A DNA stretch of 64,000 bases from an uncultured Gammaproteobacteria bacterium. Lineage in GTDB: Bacteria; Patescibacteriota; Patescibacteriia; SG8-24. The notes under the pieces were generated by a model, which saw nothing but the letters and a program-made list of their open reading frames with translations, searched no databases and had not been told where the DNA came from. The translations under genes and the position numbers were made by a program. Location of the stretch: NCBI GenBank assembly GCA_964491475.1, contig CAZBFO010000003.1:136766-200765 (forward strand), given 5' to 3'. This document shows, in pieces, positions 45,922 through 56,337 of this stretch. How positions within the stretch are numbered: position 1 is the stretch's first letter; each line of letters begins with the position of its first letter.

Positions 45922-47577
45922 ATGGCTGCTGCCATCGACATCAGCGCGGTACCGTTGCCGCCGCCGTGGAAGGAGGCGCTCGTCCTGCTCGTCGGCCGCT
46001 GCATCGGCGACCCGGGCTCGTACGCAGACGCAGCCTCTGCCGCGGGCGCGATCATCTCGGCGCTGTTCGGCAAGGGCGCACCCGCCTTCGGGCAGGTGGC
46101 CCGCACCGGCGAGGCCGAGCTGAAGACCGCCTGCGGTCAGGCCGGTCTCGGCGCCGACGCCCTGCCGGTTGCCAAGCTGCGGGAGCTCGCGGAGCTGCTG
46201 CCGCTGGTCCGGCCGGAAACGCCGATCTGCGACGAATGCGGGAACTACCCGCTCTCGTGCGTCGGCGGCAAGGTCATGACGCTGGCGGCCGGCGCGAGCT
46301 GCCCGTTCTGCGTCGGCGGCAAGCTGGCCGTCGTGCCCATGCGCCTGCGCAAGCTGGCCTGGACCGACGGCCGCCTGGTCGAGCCGCAGGTCGCGCACGA
46401 CCTTCGCGCCTTTCCCGGCACGAGCATCCCGCTCGACGACGCCGAGATCGTCGCCTGGGTCGGCGGCATCATCAGCAAGCCGCTGGAGATCGCCCTGCGC
46501 GACGCCGGCGTGCCTCTGTACGGCTGGCTGGCGCACATGCACCTGAACGAGAAGGCGCTCCCGTCCTACGTGGAAGTCGCCGACATCCTGCAGGACATGC
46601 GTGCCGCGGGACTCGATGGCGACGCGGCACTTCGCCGCAGCGTAGCCGAGGCGGGGGAGTTCCTTGCATCCAAGGAAGTCACCAACCTGCCCAGGCGGAC
46701 GCGGTTGCCGTTCATCAACGGCGACATCGACGCGCTGCCGCGCCTGACCGTCGCCGGACGCACCTACGTCCTCGAAGGCAAGGTCGGCAGCGGAGACGCG
46801 TCCGACGTCTATCGCGGCGCGTGGGACAGTCCCAACACCGAACGGGTCGTCATCAAGGTGAGCCGCGGCGGGAAGGACGGCCAGGACGGCAAGGACGAGG
46901 CCAAGCGCCTGGCGCGCGAGGTCTCCGTGCTCTCCACGCTGGCTAACAGCAAGGAGAACGGCGCGGCGTTCATGTCGCGCCTGCTCCCGGAAGTCGTCGC
47001 CGCGGGCTCGGTGCCCGGCAGCGACGGCGCGCTCAAGGCCGTCACGGTGTTCCGGTACAAGAACGGCTTCGACTGGACGCTGGCAGACGCCATCGCGGAG
47101 TATCCCGAAGGCGTCGAGCCACAGACCATGGTCTGGATGATGAACCGCTGCCTGCTGCTGCTTCGGTGGCTGCAGATGAACCAGACGGTGCACGGCGCGC
47201 TCTCACCGGAGCACGTCCTCATCCATCCCGGCTATCACGCGGCCACCTTCGTCGACTGGACCCATGCGGTCCGCGTCGGCGGACGGAAAGCAGCGCTCAT
47301 CGACGGTCAGCCGGCGACGTTCGACACGGACGTGGCCGCGCTGTGCCGCTGCATGATCGCCGTGCTCGGGGGCGACCCTGCGAGCGGCGACATGCCGGCC
47401 GCGGTGCCGCAGGTCATCGCCGAGTTCCTGCGTTTGCACGCACGTTGCGAAGCCGGTGACGGTTCACGGCGCTTCGTCGATGCCGAAGATCTCGAAAAGG
47501 AATTCGGCAAGGCCGCGACTGCGGCTTACGGCAAGCGCCGCTTTCATCCTTTCTTCTTGCCCCGGCCGAAACGGTGA
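45922..47577 (+). CDS. Atypical protein-kinase-fold protein with N-terminal Zn ribbon
   Basis: CDECG..CPFC; GSGDASDVYRG, VVIKV, VHGALSPEHVLI (no catalytic Asp), FVDW; AGGAGG SD. Confidence 0.8.
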   Translation: MAAAIDISAVPLPPPWKEALVLLVGRCIGDPGSYADAASAAGAIISALFGKGAPAFGQVARTGEAELKTACGQAGLGADALPVAKLRELAELLPLVRPETPICDECGNYPLSCVGGKVMTLAAGASCPFCVGGKLAVVPMRLRKLAWTDGRLVEPQVAHDLRAFPGTSIPLDDAEIVAWVGGIISKPLEIALRDAGVPLYGWLAHMHLNEKALPSYVEVADILQDMRAAGLDGDAALRRSVAEAGEFLASKEVTNLPRRTRLPFINGDIDALPRLTVAGRTYVLEGKVGSGDASDVYRGAWDSPNTERVVIKVSRGGKDGQDGKDEAKRLAREVSVLSTLANSKENGAAFMSRLLPEVVAAGSVPGSDGALKAVTVFRYKNGFDWTLADAIAEYPEGVEPQTMVWMMNRCLLLLRWLQMNQTVHGALSPEHVLIHPGYHAATFVDWTHAVRVGGRKAALIDGQPATFDTDVAALCRCMIAVLGGDPASGDMPAAVPQVIAEFLRLHARCEAGDGSRRFVDAEDLEKEFGKAATAAYGKRRFHPFFLPRPKR

Positions 47578-47641
47578 ACCGTGAGGCCGTGGCGAAGGTT
47601 CGTTCCTTTGATAAGCAACCACACAGTTCCGGAGGTACGTC

Positions 47642-48646
47642 ATGGGCGGAGGATTGTATGACAGGGCGGCGCACGACGCCATCACCACCACGCGTGCGGA
47701 GCTGCCGCGCGAACAGGTGTTCCGTGCCAGCGAGATGAACCCGCTGATGGACCCGAAAGGCGTGAAGTACCGGGAGAGCTGCGACAGCGCGGCGCACCCC
47801 AACTCCAACGCCATCATCTTCGTGGTCGACGAGACCGGCTCGATGCAGCGCATTCCCGAGTACCTGGCCAAGACCGGCCTGCCGCCGCTCATGGGCATGC
47901 TGTACGACGCCAAGCTCATCGAGGACCCGCAGCTGATGCTGGCTGCCGTCGGCGACGCGATTCACGGCAACGGCTGCGAACGCTCGCCGCTGCAGGTCGG
48001 GCAGTTCGAGTCCGAAGCGGCGCTGATGGACAAGTGGCTCACGGCCATCCACCTGGAAGGCATCGGCGGCGGCAACGGAGGCGAGTCGTACGACCTGGCC
48101 CTGTACTTCGCAGCGCGCCACACCAAGATCGACTGCTACGAGAAGCGCGGCAAGAAGGGCTACCTCTTCATCTCCGGCGACGAGCCGCACCTGCGGCAGG
48201 TCGACAGGGAAGCGGTGCTCCGGCGAATCGGCGACGATCTCCCCGCGAACATCCCGATCGCCGACATCGTCGCCGAAGCCTCGGAGAAGTATCACTGCTT
48301 CTTCCTGGTTCCCGACAAGCGGCGCGCCGGGCAGTGCGAACGCTACTGGCGCGACGTGCTCGGCGACAACGTCGTCGTGCAGGACACCGAGGTCGACACG
48401 GCCGCCGTGACGGCGGTGCTCGTCGGACTGACCGAAGGCACCATCGCCTCGGTCAACGACGTCGAGGACGTGCTCGTCGGACTGGGCTGCGACGCGGCCC
48501 AGGCAAACCGCGTACGCGGGACCGTCGAGGCGTACGCGGCGGCCATCGGCCGCGGCGGGCAGTCGCGGCCGGTGCAGGGAACGGAGCAGCCGGACGCGTC
48601 CGATCCCAAGTCCAAAGGCAAGGGCAAGAAGCGCGGTCGGGTCTGA
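47642..48646 (+). CDS. vWA-domain protein
   Basis: VDETGSM MIDAS, AVGD, LQVGQFES, GGGNGGESY, ISGDE. Confidence 0.85.
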   Translation: MGGGLYDRAAHDAITTTRAELPREQVFRASEMNPLMDPKGVKYRESCDSAAHPNSNAIIFVVDETGSMQRIPEYLAKTGLPPLMGMLYDAKLIEDPQLMLAAVGDAIHGNGCERSPLQVGQFESEAALMDKWLTAIHLEGIGGGNGGESYDLALYFAARHTKIDCYEKRGKKGYLFISGDEPHLRQVDREAVLRRIGDDLPANIPIADIVAEASEKYHCFFLVPDKRRAGQCERYWRDVLGDNVVVQDTEVDTAAVTAVLVGLTEGTIASVNDVEDVLVGLGCDAAQANRVRGTVEAYAAAIGRGGQSRPVQGTEQPDASDPKSKGKGKKRGRV

Positions 48647-48749
48647 CGGTCGTTGACCGTTTGACCTGACGCTTCCGAAAGGTTACGGTACGGGGTCCTG
48701 CGGTGCAGGGCCCCTTTTTCTTCCCGAAAAAGGAAAGGAGTTCTTTGTC

Positions 48750-50162
48750 ATGACAGGCAAGACCAAGAAGGCATTCATCGTCGTCGACCTCGGTTATGGC
48801 GACGCCGGCAAGGGCACCATGACCGACTGGCTGGCGCGCACCGAGCAGGTGCACGCGGTCATCCGCTTCAACGGCGGCTCGCAGGCCGCCCACAACGTGG
48901 TCACGCCGGACGGCCGGCACCACACCTTCTCGCAATTCGGTGCGGCCACTTTTGTTCCGGGCGTGCGCACGCACCTGTCGCAGTTCATGATCGTCAATCC
49001 GCTGGCGATGGTGCGCGAAGCGGCGGTGCTGGCAGGCAAGGGAGTTCCCGACGCCTTCGCCAGAACCACGATTCACGCGCGGGCACTGGTGACCACGCCG
49101 TTCCACGTCGCCGCCAACCGGCTCAAGGAAATCGGCCGGGGAGCGGCGAGGCACGGCAGCTGCGGCGGCGGCATCAGCGAGACTGCGGCGGACGCGCTGA
49201 CGCTCGGCGAATCGGTCGTCCGCGTGGGCGACCTGCGCGATCGCGACGCGCTGTCGCGCAAGCTCGCCTTCGTGCAACGCCACAAGCGCGGGCAGCTCGA
49301 CGCGCTCATCAGGACGTGCGCAGGCGAACCGCAGGCGCAGGCCGAGATTGCGGTGCTCGAAAGCGCCGACGTCATCGATGCTTACTGCCGGCAGATCGAG
49401 GCGTTCCTGGCACAGGCCGACATCGTGGCCGGAAACGGGCATTTGAAGGACCTCGCGGGCAGCGTCGTCTTCGAAGGCGCGCAGGGCGTGCTGCTCGACG
49501 AGTGGCACGGGTTCCATCCGTACACCACTTGGAGCACCTGCACGTTCGCCAACGCGCTTGAAATCAGCCGCGAGTGCGGAGACGCGCTCGGCGAAATCGT
49601 GCGCGTCGGCGTGACGCGAGGCTACGCCACGCGGCACGGCGCCGGCCCGTTCGTCACCGAAGACGCCGATCTGACCAAGAAGATTCCCGACCGCCACAAC
49701 GTCATGGACGACTGGCAGCAGGGATTCCGCGTCGGCTGGTTCGACGCGGTGGCGACGCGTTACGCGATCGCGGCTTGTCAGGGCATCGACACGTTGGCGG
49801 TGACCTGCATGGACCGCCTGCTCGAAGTCGGCCCCGAATGGCAGATGTGCGACGCTTACGCGCTCAAAGCGGCATCGCCCTCCGAGAAGCGCATGGTCAG
49901 AAAGTTGTTCGAGGAAGACAGCGCGGCGGAGCGCCATAGCCACATCAAGTCAGGCGCGGAGCGTGACCTTTCGCTTCAGGAGGAGCTGACCAAGCTGCTG
50001 CGGCTGGCGAGGCCGGAGTACGTCACGTTCCGCCCCACGGACAGGGCCGGCGTGCGGCGTGCGGTCAGCGACTATCTGGAGCTGATCGGCGACGGCCTCG
50101 GAATCATGCCGAGCTACGCCTCGTTCGGGCCTTCGGCCACGGACAAGAAGGTACTGAAGTAG
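48750..50162 (+). CDS. Adenylosuccinate synthetase-like (divergent PurA family) protein
   Basis: DLGYGDAGKG, RFNGGSQAAHNV, HGSCG.G, FEGAQGVLLD, PYTTWS, YATRHGAGPF, FRVGWFD. Confidence 0.88.
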   Translation: MTGKTKKAFIVVDLGYGDAGKGTMTDWLARTEQVHAVIRFNGGSQAAHNVVTPDGRHHTFSQFGAATFVPGVRTHLSQFMIVNPLAMVREAAVLAGKGVPDAFARTTIHARALVTTPFHVAANRLKEIGRGAARHGSCGGGISETAADALTLGESVVRVGDLRDRDALSRKLAFVQRHKRGQLDALIRTCAGEPQAQAEIAVLESADVIDAYCRQIEAFLAQADIVAGNGHLKDLAGSVVFEGAQGVLLDEWHGFHPYTTWSTCTFANALEISRECGDALGEIVRVGVTRGYATRHGAGPFVTEDADLTKKIPDRHNVMDDWQQGFRVGWFDAVATRYAIAACQGIDTLAVTCMDRLLEVGPEWQMCDAYALKAASPSEKRMVRKLFEEDSAAERHSHIKSGAERDLSLQEELTKLLRLARPEYVTFRPTDRAGVRRAVSDYLELIGDGLGIMPSYASFGPSATDKKVLK

Positions 50163-50322
50163 ATGCGAGGGCGGCTTCGGCCGTCCTTTTTTCTTTGCAT
50201 GAAAACTGCTCGACGAAGATCGATCCGGAAAGCGTAAGCGGTTCAATTGAGGTCCTCGTCCTCCTCGCTCGGCACGGCATGAACCCCTTTACCCGGGCAC
50301 GTTCGGATGCTACCTTGCGCCC

Positions 50323-52116
50323 ATGAGCACGCTGCTTCAGGTCAACGACGTCACCAAGCGCTACGGCCCGCACGTGGTTCTCGACCACGCGCGCATTTCG
50401 TTTGCCGACGGGCAGAAAGTGGGCGTCATCGGACGCAACGGCGCCGGCAAATCCACGCTGGTTCGCATCATCGTGGGCGACGACGAGGCCGACGAAGGCG
50501 GCGTCACGCGGCACTCCTCCCTGCGATTGGGGTACCTTGAACAGCACGCGCCGTACCGCGAAGAAGAGACGGCCATGGCCTTCCTGACGCGTTACGCCGC
50601 AGTCGAGACTTGGCGGGCCGCCAAAGCCGCCAGCCGATTCGAGATGAAAGGCGAGATGCTCGAGCGTCGCATCTCCGAGCTGTCCGAAGGCTATCGCATG
50701 CGCGTGCGCCTGACCGGCATGCTGCTGCGTGAGCCGAACTTTTTGGTGCTCGACGAGCCCACCAACTATCTCGACCTCCGCACCCAGATGCTGCTCGAGG
50801 AATTCCTGCGCACCTTTCGCGGCGGGTTCCTGGTCGTCTCGCACGACCGCGAGTTCCTCAAGAACACCTGCCTCGAGACGCTGGAGGTGGATCGCGGCCG
50901 GCTGTTCCTGTATCCGCAGGGCATCGAGGCGTACTTGGCGTACAAGGAACAGCGCGCCGGGGAAATCGAACGCGAGAACAAAAAGATCGACGCGCGCCGC
51001 CGCCACCTGCAGGAGTTCGTGGACCGCTTCCGCTACAAGGCCAAAAAGGCCTCGCAGGCGCAGTCCAAGCTGAAGCAGATCGCGCGGCTCCGAAACATCG
51101 AGATCGAGCACCCGATGGCTACCGCGCGCATCGTCATTCCCGCGCCGAAGATCAAGAAGGGGATCGCCGTGCATTGCGAGAACCTTGCCATCGGCTATCC
51201 GGGCAAGACCGTGGCCGACGGCATCTCGATCGACTTGGAGCGCACGCGGCACATCGCCGTGCTCGGCGACAACGGGCAGGGAAAGACCACTTTTTTGCGC
51301 ACGCTTGCGGGTCTGCTCGAACCGCAGGGCGGTTCTTACCGCTGGGGCGCCGATTTGCAGGTGGCCTACTACGGTGAAAGCGTCTTTCGCTCGATGGAGC
51401 AGCACGACAAAGTCGGCCCGTACCTGATGCGCAAGGCCGCGTCGGGCGTGACCACCGAAGAAGTGCATCAGATGGCCGGCAACTTCCTGTTCAGCGACGA
51501 CGACATGGAGAAGACCGTCGCCACGCTTTCCGGCGGCGAGCGCAGCCGCCTGTGCCTGGCCGGACTGCTGCTGACCGGCAGCACCGTCTTCCTGCTCGAC
51601 GAGCCCACCAACCATCTCGACTTCGAGACGGTCGAAGCGCTGGGCATGGCGCTCGCGGACTATCCCGGCACCATCGTCTTCGTCAGCCACAACCGCACTT
51701 TCGTGAACCTGATCGCCACGGCCATCATCGAGGTGCAGGACGGCCGCGTACGCGCCTTCTCCGGCACGTACGAGGAGTACGTCTACATGATCGAGGAGCA
51801 CATTCACGAGACGCAGCCCGCCGCCGCGCCGAAAGCGGTCGCCGCCGCGACCAAACCCGTCGAACCGGAAAAGCCGACGGCCCGCGAGATCCACGAGGAG
51901 ATCAAGGAGCAGAAAAAGAAGATGCGCAAGATCGAGGAACGCGTGGCAGGTCACGAATCGGAACGTGAGACCATCTTGGCCAAGATGGCGATGAATCCCA
52001 CGGTCTTCTCGCCCTCGCTCAACCAGCGCCTGCACGAGATCGGCCAGCTCATCGCAAGGGACGAAGAGGAGTGGTTCAACGCGCGGCAGGCCATCGAGTG
52101 GTTGGAGAAGGAGTGA
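50323..52116 (+). CDS. ABC-F family ATPase
   Basis: Two NBDs (GRNGAGKST, GDNGQGKTT, LDEPTN twice), no TM segments. Confidence 0.93.
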   Translation: MSTLLQVNDVTKRYGPHVVLDHARISFADGQKVGVIGRNGAGKSTLVRIIVGDDEADEGGVTRHSSLRLGYLEQHAPYREEETAMAFLTRYAAVETWRAAKAASRFEMKGEMLERRISELSEGYRMRVRLTGMLLREPNFLVLDEPTNYLDLRTQMLLEEFLRTFRGGFLVVSHDREFLKNTCLETLEVDRGRLFLYPQGIEAYLAYKEQRAGEIERENKKIDARRRHLQEFVDRFRYKAKKASQAQSKLKQIARLRNIEIEHPMATARIVIPAPKIKKGIAVHCENLAIGYPGKTVADGISIDLERTRHIAVLGDNGQGKTTFLRTLAGLLEPQGGSYRWGADLQVAYYGESVFRSMEQHDKVGPYLMRKAASGVTTEEVHQMAGNFLFSDDDMEKTVATLSGGERSRLCLAGLLLTGSTVFLLDEPTNHLDFETVEALGMALADYPGTIVFVSHNRTFVNLIATAIIEVQDGRVRAFSGTYEEYVYMIEEHIHETQPAAAPKAVAAATKPVEPEKPTAREIHEEIKEQKKKMRKIEERVAGHESERETILAKMAMNPTVFSPSLNQRLHEIGQLIARDEEEWFNARQAIEWLEKE

Positions 52117-52139
52117 GTCGCGTGGTATCATGGTCGCGT

Positions 52140-53036
52140 ATGCAGCCATTCGGCGTGGCGATCATCGGAGTGGGAAGCATCGGCAAGGCGCTGGCGTTCT
52201 CGCTGACAAAGCGCGAGGACGTCACTTTGCGTCTGTGGGACAAGGATCCCCTGCGCGTGCCGAGGCAGGCATCTTTGGAAAACACCGTGTCCGGCGCCGA
52301 CGCGGTCTTCCTGTGCGTGCCCTCCTGGATAGCCGCATTCGCGCTTCGCGACATCGCCCCGTTCCTTTCGCCCGACACCGTCGTGGTGACGCTCACTAAG
52401 GGCGTGGAGCCGGAACAGGCGCGCTTCGTGCCCGAGGTGCTGGACGCGACGCTGCCTGCGGGGCAGCCGTGGGTGCTCTTGGGCGGTCCGATGCTCGCCG
52501 CGGAAATCGTCGAGGGACAGCCGTCGGTGGGCGTCGCGGCATCGCCGCGCCGAGACGCGGCGCAAAAAATCGCGGCGCTTTTCGCCGGCACCGGCATCAG
52601 CATCGAGGCGTCCGAAGACGTCATCGGCGTCGCGTTGCTGGGGGTGCTCAAGAACGTCTTTGCGATCGGGTTGGGCATCGCCGAGGCTCTGGAGTGGGAG
52701 GGAAACGCCTGCGGCTGGTACGTGTCCCAGGCGCTGCGCGAATGCGCCGCCGTCGTCGGACGGGCGGGCGGCTCGGTCGACACGGTCCTCGGCTCCGCCG
52801 GCGCCGGCGACCTCGTGGCCACCGGCTTCAGCCGGCACTCGCGCAACCGCACTTACGGGCGCGCCCTGGTGAAGGGCGGCATCTGCCCGACGGACAGCGA
52901 AGGCTGCGCGTCGCTCCCGCATCTGCTCAAGCGCCTGGGACCGTCGGCGGAAGCGCACCTGCTGCTCAAGTCCCTCGCGGCCATCATCATCGAAAAGAAA
53001 GACGCTCGCGCGGTGTTCGGCGCGTTGCTTACCTGA
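52140..53036 (+). CDS. gpsA: NAD(P)H-dependent glycerol-3-phosphate dehydrogenase
   Basis: IIGVGSIG, TKG, GGPMLAAE, LKNVFAI, GDLVAT, SRNRTYG. Confidence 0.85.
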   Translation: MQPFGVAIIGVGSIGKALAFSLTKREDVTLRLWDKDPLRVPRQASLENTVSGADAVFLCVPSWIAAFALRDIAPFLSPDTVVVTLTKGVEPEQARFVPEVLDATLPAGQPWVLLGGPMLAAEIVEGQPSVGVAASPRRDAAQKIAALFAGTGISIEASEDVIGVALLGVLKNVFAIGLGIAEALEWEGNACGWYVSQALRECAAVVGRAGGSVDTVLGSAGAGDLVATGFSRHSRNRTYGRALVKGGICPTDSEGCASLPHLLKRLGPSAEAHLLLKSLAAIIIEKKDARAVFGALLT

Positions 53037-53041
53037 CCGTT

Positions 53042-53335
53042 ATGATCCTGACTTTCAAGGCGGACATCTGGATATATCCCGGCATGGCCGGTTGGCATTT
53101 CGTTACGCTCGACAAGAAGGCATCCGCCAAAGTGCGGAAGAGCCAGGATGGGAAGAAGCGGAACGGTTGGGGCTCCGTCCCCGTGACCGTCACCTTGGGC
53201 AAGAGCAAGTGGTGCACCTCCATTTTTCCCGACAAGTCCGGCACCTACCTGCTGCCGCTTAAGGCGGCTGTACGGAAAAAGGAAGGCGTGGGACGAGGCG
53301 ATACGGTGCGTATAGCCTGCGAAATTGCAGATTGA
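53042..53335 (+). CDS. DUF1905 family protein
   Basis: GWHFVT, GSVPV.VT.G..W.TSIFP, YLLPLKAAVRK. Confidence 0.85.
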   Translation: MILTFKADIWIYPGMAGWHFVTLDKKASAKVRKSQDGKKRNGWGSVPVTVTLGKSKWCTSIFPDKSGTYLLPLKAAVRKKEGVGRGDTVRIACEIAD

Positions 53336-53448
53336 TGAGGCCCGCTCCCGGCGGGCCTTTTGCCATGCGCGGCGTTGACTTTTGGCAGTTCTTTTAGTAG
53401 TTTTGCGGCGTCCTCCCAATGGACGAACGTCGCGTAAAGGAGTTCGAA

Positions 53449-55218
53449 ATGCAGTTCATTTTTATCGCGCTTGTCGTGGCAGTTCTGGGCACGAGCCCCC
53501 TGCTCATAGCCCGGAAACGGAGCTATCTCGGCATGTATCCGGTTGTTGCTCTCGTGGGTACGCTGGTGCTTTCCGGCATCTTTTACCTCGCGCCGCCAGA
53601 CCTAGTGAACCCGTTTTGGGGCGGTGCGGCCATCGCGGCCCTGTCGCTCTCCGTCTTGACCGCCTTTCTCGTCATCGCGAGCGACCGGTCAGATGACGGC
53701 GGTGTGCGCAGGCGCAGGCTCACGGCCGGCGCAGGGCAACCGGCTGCCAGGCGTCACGGCCTGCTCATCCTGGTGCCCGTGCTGATCGTGCTCTGTCTCG
53801 TCGGCCGTTGGGTCGGCAGCTGGGCCATGTTCCGCGCGGGAGATTATGCCGCCATGCTCGGCCAGGTGCAGTCGCGGGTTTGGACGCAGGACGTCCAGCC
53901 CAAGGATCCGAACCACGTCCGCAAGGTGCCGGAGGCGTACGCGTCCTGGGTCGCCAACAAGCAGCTCGGCGCCGCGGACAGCGCCCTCGGCAGCCAGTTC
54001 GAACTGGATTCGGCGCACATGACCATCCAGATGGTCCGCGGCGAAATCTGGTTCATCGTGCCTCTCAAGTTCAAGGACTGGGGTACCTGGCGAGCCAGGC
54101 CGACGGCACCGGGATTCATCATGGTCAGCGCGGAGGATCCGAACCGCGATCCGGTGTCGGTGCTCGACCGGCAGTACGCCTACATGCCCAGCGCCTACTT
54201 CGGGAACTCCCTGTCGCGTCACTTGTGGACGCACGGCTTTTCCGACAAGGAGCTGTCCGACTTCACCTTCGAGGTGGACGAGGACAACAACGGCTGGTGG
54301 GTGGTGACCGTGACGCATCCGACCATCGGTTGGAGCGGCGATGAGGTGGAGGGCGTCGTCATCGTCAACCCGACGGACGGCAGCTTCCGCTTCTACGGCC
54401 TGAACGAGGTTCCCAAGTGGGTCGATCGCGTGATGCCGTCGGAGCTGCTGGGGTCGTACATGGCCTGGCACGGCAAGTATGCCGGCGGCTGGCTGAACAG
54501 CTGGTTCAGCGAGGTCAACCTGACCCAGCCGGAGGACATCACCTTCGTGCACGGGTCGGACAACGAACCGTACTTCGTGGCCGACATCACCTCGACCAAT
54601 GCCAAGGACGAGGCGCTGCTGGGGCTGATGTACGTCAGCGCCCGCAGCGGCAAGGCCACCTACTACAAGGCCAAGGGCGTCACTTCGCACGCGGCTTTGC
54701 AGGCGGTCGATGCCAAGGTGGCCTACCGCAAGTGGCAGGGCCAGACGCCGGTGCTGTACAACATGTACGGGACCATGGCTGACATCGTGCCGCTGATTGC
54801 CGCCAACTCCACCTATCAGGGCGTGGCCATCGTCAACATCGCCAAGCCGCAGGACGTGGCAGTCGGCGCCGACATGGCCGAAGCGCTGCGCGAGTACCAG
54901 AAGCTGCTCACGGCCGGGACCGATCCCGCGCCGGAGCTGGCCAAGAAGACGCGCAGCGTCAGCGGGACGGTGGTGCGCTTCTCGCGCGAGAGCGGCGGGC
55001 AGGGCACTTCGTATTACCTGCTGCTCAAGGACGGCAGGACCATCTTTACCGCAGGCGGCGAGCTTTCCCCCAAGCTGCCGCTGACGCGGGAAGGGGACAC
55101 CGTCACGCTCACCTACGTCGATTCCGGAGAAGCGGTCGAGCCGCTGCTGGCCTTCGACAACGCCTCGATCCAGCTCGAGGGGACTCCGGCGCGCCGGACG
55201 CAGACCGACAAGCGGTAA
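53449..55218 (+). CDS. Membrane-anchored hypothetical protein with large extracytoplasmic domain
   Basis: Four N-terminal TM helices; LGSQF, FEVDE, PKWVDRV motifs; AAGGAG SD. Confidence 0.75.
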   Translation: MQFIFIALVVAVLGTSPLLIARKRSYLGMYPVVALVGTLVLSGIFYLAPPDLVNPFWGGAAIAALSLSVLTAFLVIASDRSDDGGVRRRRLTAGAGQPAARRHGLLILVPVLIVLCLVGRWVGSWAMFRAGDYAAMLGQVQSRVWTQDVQPKDPNHVRKVPEAYASWVANKQLGAADSALGSQFELDSAHMTIQMVRGEIWFIVPLKFKDWGTWRARPTAPGFIMVSAEDPNRDPVSVLDRQYAYMPSAYFGNSLSRHLWTHGFSDKELSDFTFEVDEDNNGWWVVTVTHPTIGWSGDEVEGVVIVNPTDGSFRFYGLNEVPKWVDRVMPSELLGSYMAWHGKYAGGWLNSWFSEVNLTQPEDITFVHGSDNEPYFVADITSTNAKDEALLGLMYVSARSGKATYYKAKGVTSHAALQAVDAKVAYRKWQGQTPVLYNMYGTMADIVPLIAANSTYQGVAIVNIAKPQDVAVGADMAEALREYQKLLTAGTDPAPELAKKTRSVSGTVVRFSRESGGQGTSYYLLLKDGRTIFTAGGELSPKLPLTREGDTVTLTYVDSGEAVEPLLAFDNASIQLEGTPARRTQTDKR

Positions 55219-55341
55219 TCGGACGCCGCGCCTTCACGCGACCTGCCACGTTCGGCAGGTCTTTTTCTTTCCGGCGGCGATTGACCGTATCGTCCGGCCG
55301 TGGTACGGTCCGGCGTCGGTCTTTCAAAGAAAGGAAACGAC

Positions 55342-56235
55342 ATGTCCAAGAGTTTCGCCAAGGATATCGCCGACGCGGCAGTCGTCGCGATCGGCGTGGT
55401 ACGCCACGTCATGGAGTACATTCGCCGCGAACGGTTCACGTTCGTGCGCGAGGACAAGGGAGGGCTTGACGGAGGCACCGATATCGTCACCAACGTCGAC
55501 AAGCAGGCGCAGCGGATCTACGTCGAGCGCCTTTCTGCACTGTTCCCGACCTTCGGCTTCATCGGCGAGGAGGACGAGTTGAATCGGAAGTGCCGGTACA
55601 AGGGCAACGACGCCTATTGGGTCGTTGACCCCATCGACGGTACCGAAGCCTTCAGCCGCAAGCAATCGCACGGCATCGGCACGATGCTCGCGCTGGTGGC
55701 CAACGGCAAGGTCGCGGCCTCGTTCATCGGCGACGTCTGCACCGACGAGCTGTACGCCTATGGCCCGGAGGACTCCGGCGCCTGGCGTTTCGACGGGACC
55801 GGCCTGATGATTCCGCTGGAACCCGTTGCGGACAAGGCCCTGGTCGAGCAGTTCGTGCTGCTGGGGCAGCGCCCCGAGACCTACTCGTCGACGATGCAGC
55901 GGCTGATCGACTTCTCGACGCGCAAGGGGCTGTTCAAGGACATCGAGATCGACAAGGGCAGTATCGGCATCCGCATGGCGCGCCTGTGGAAGGGCGAGGT
56001 CGGCGGGCAGGTGTTCCGGTCGGACAGCTACGAGACTCCCTGGGACAACACCCCGCTGATCGGCTTCTGCAAGCAGCTGGGCTTCGTCTTCCTCCGGCAG
56101 GACGGTTCGCGGCGCTACGTGGAGTTCGAGCCGCGGCTGCTCAAGTCACCCAGGAAGGTTCCTTACGAGACCCTCATCATCCACCAGTCCCGCCTCGGCG
56201 ACCTCCGCCAGTGGGAACAGAAGTTGCGCGGCTAG
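55342..56235 (+). CDS. Inositol monophosphatase (FIG) family protein
   Basis: IVTNVD, IGEE, WVVDPIDGT, PWD. Confidence 0.88.
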   Translation: MSKSFAKDIADAAVVAIGVVRHVMEYIRRERFTFVREDKGGLDGGTDIVTNVDKQAQRIYVERLSALFPTFGFIGEEDELNRKCRYKGNDAYWVVDPIDGTEAFSRKQSHGIGTMLALVANGKVAASFIGDVCTDELYAYGPEDSGAWRFDGTGLMIPLEPVADKALVEQFVLLGQRPETYSSTMQRLIDFSTRKGLFKDIEIDKGSIGIRMARLWKGEVGGQVFRSDSYETPWDNTPLIGFCKQLGFVFLRQDGSRRYVEFEPRLLKSPRKVPYETLIIHQSRLGDLRQWEQKLRG

Positions 56236-56337
56236 CCGCGTTCGCTCCGTGACATCCGTCGCGGAGCCTTTTCTTTTTGCCAGGAACGCGGGTATCCTGA
56301 CAGCAGCTCATTCTCTCGCAAGGAAAAGAGGCATGGC

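Noticed and set aside
48750-50162. PurZ (Z-genome) assignment
   Set aside because: Retains Asp in GDAGKG where PurZ has Ser; no dATPase/MazZ or phage context
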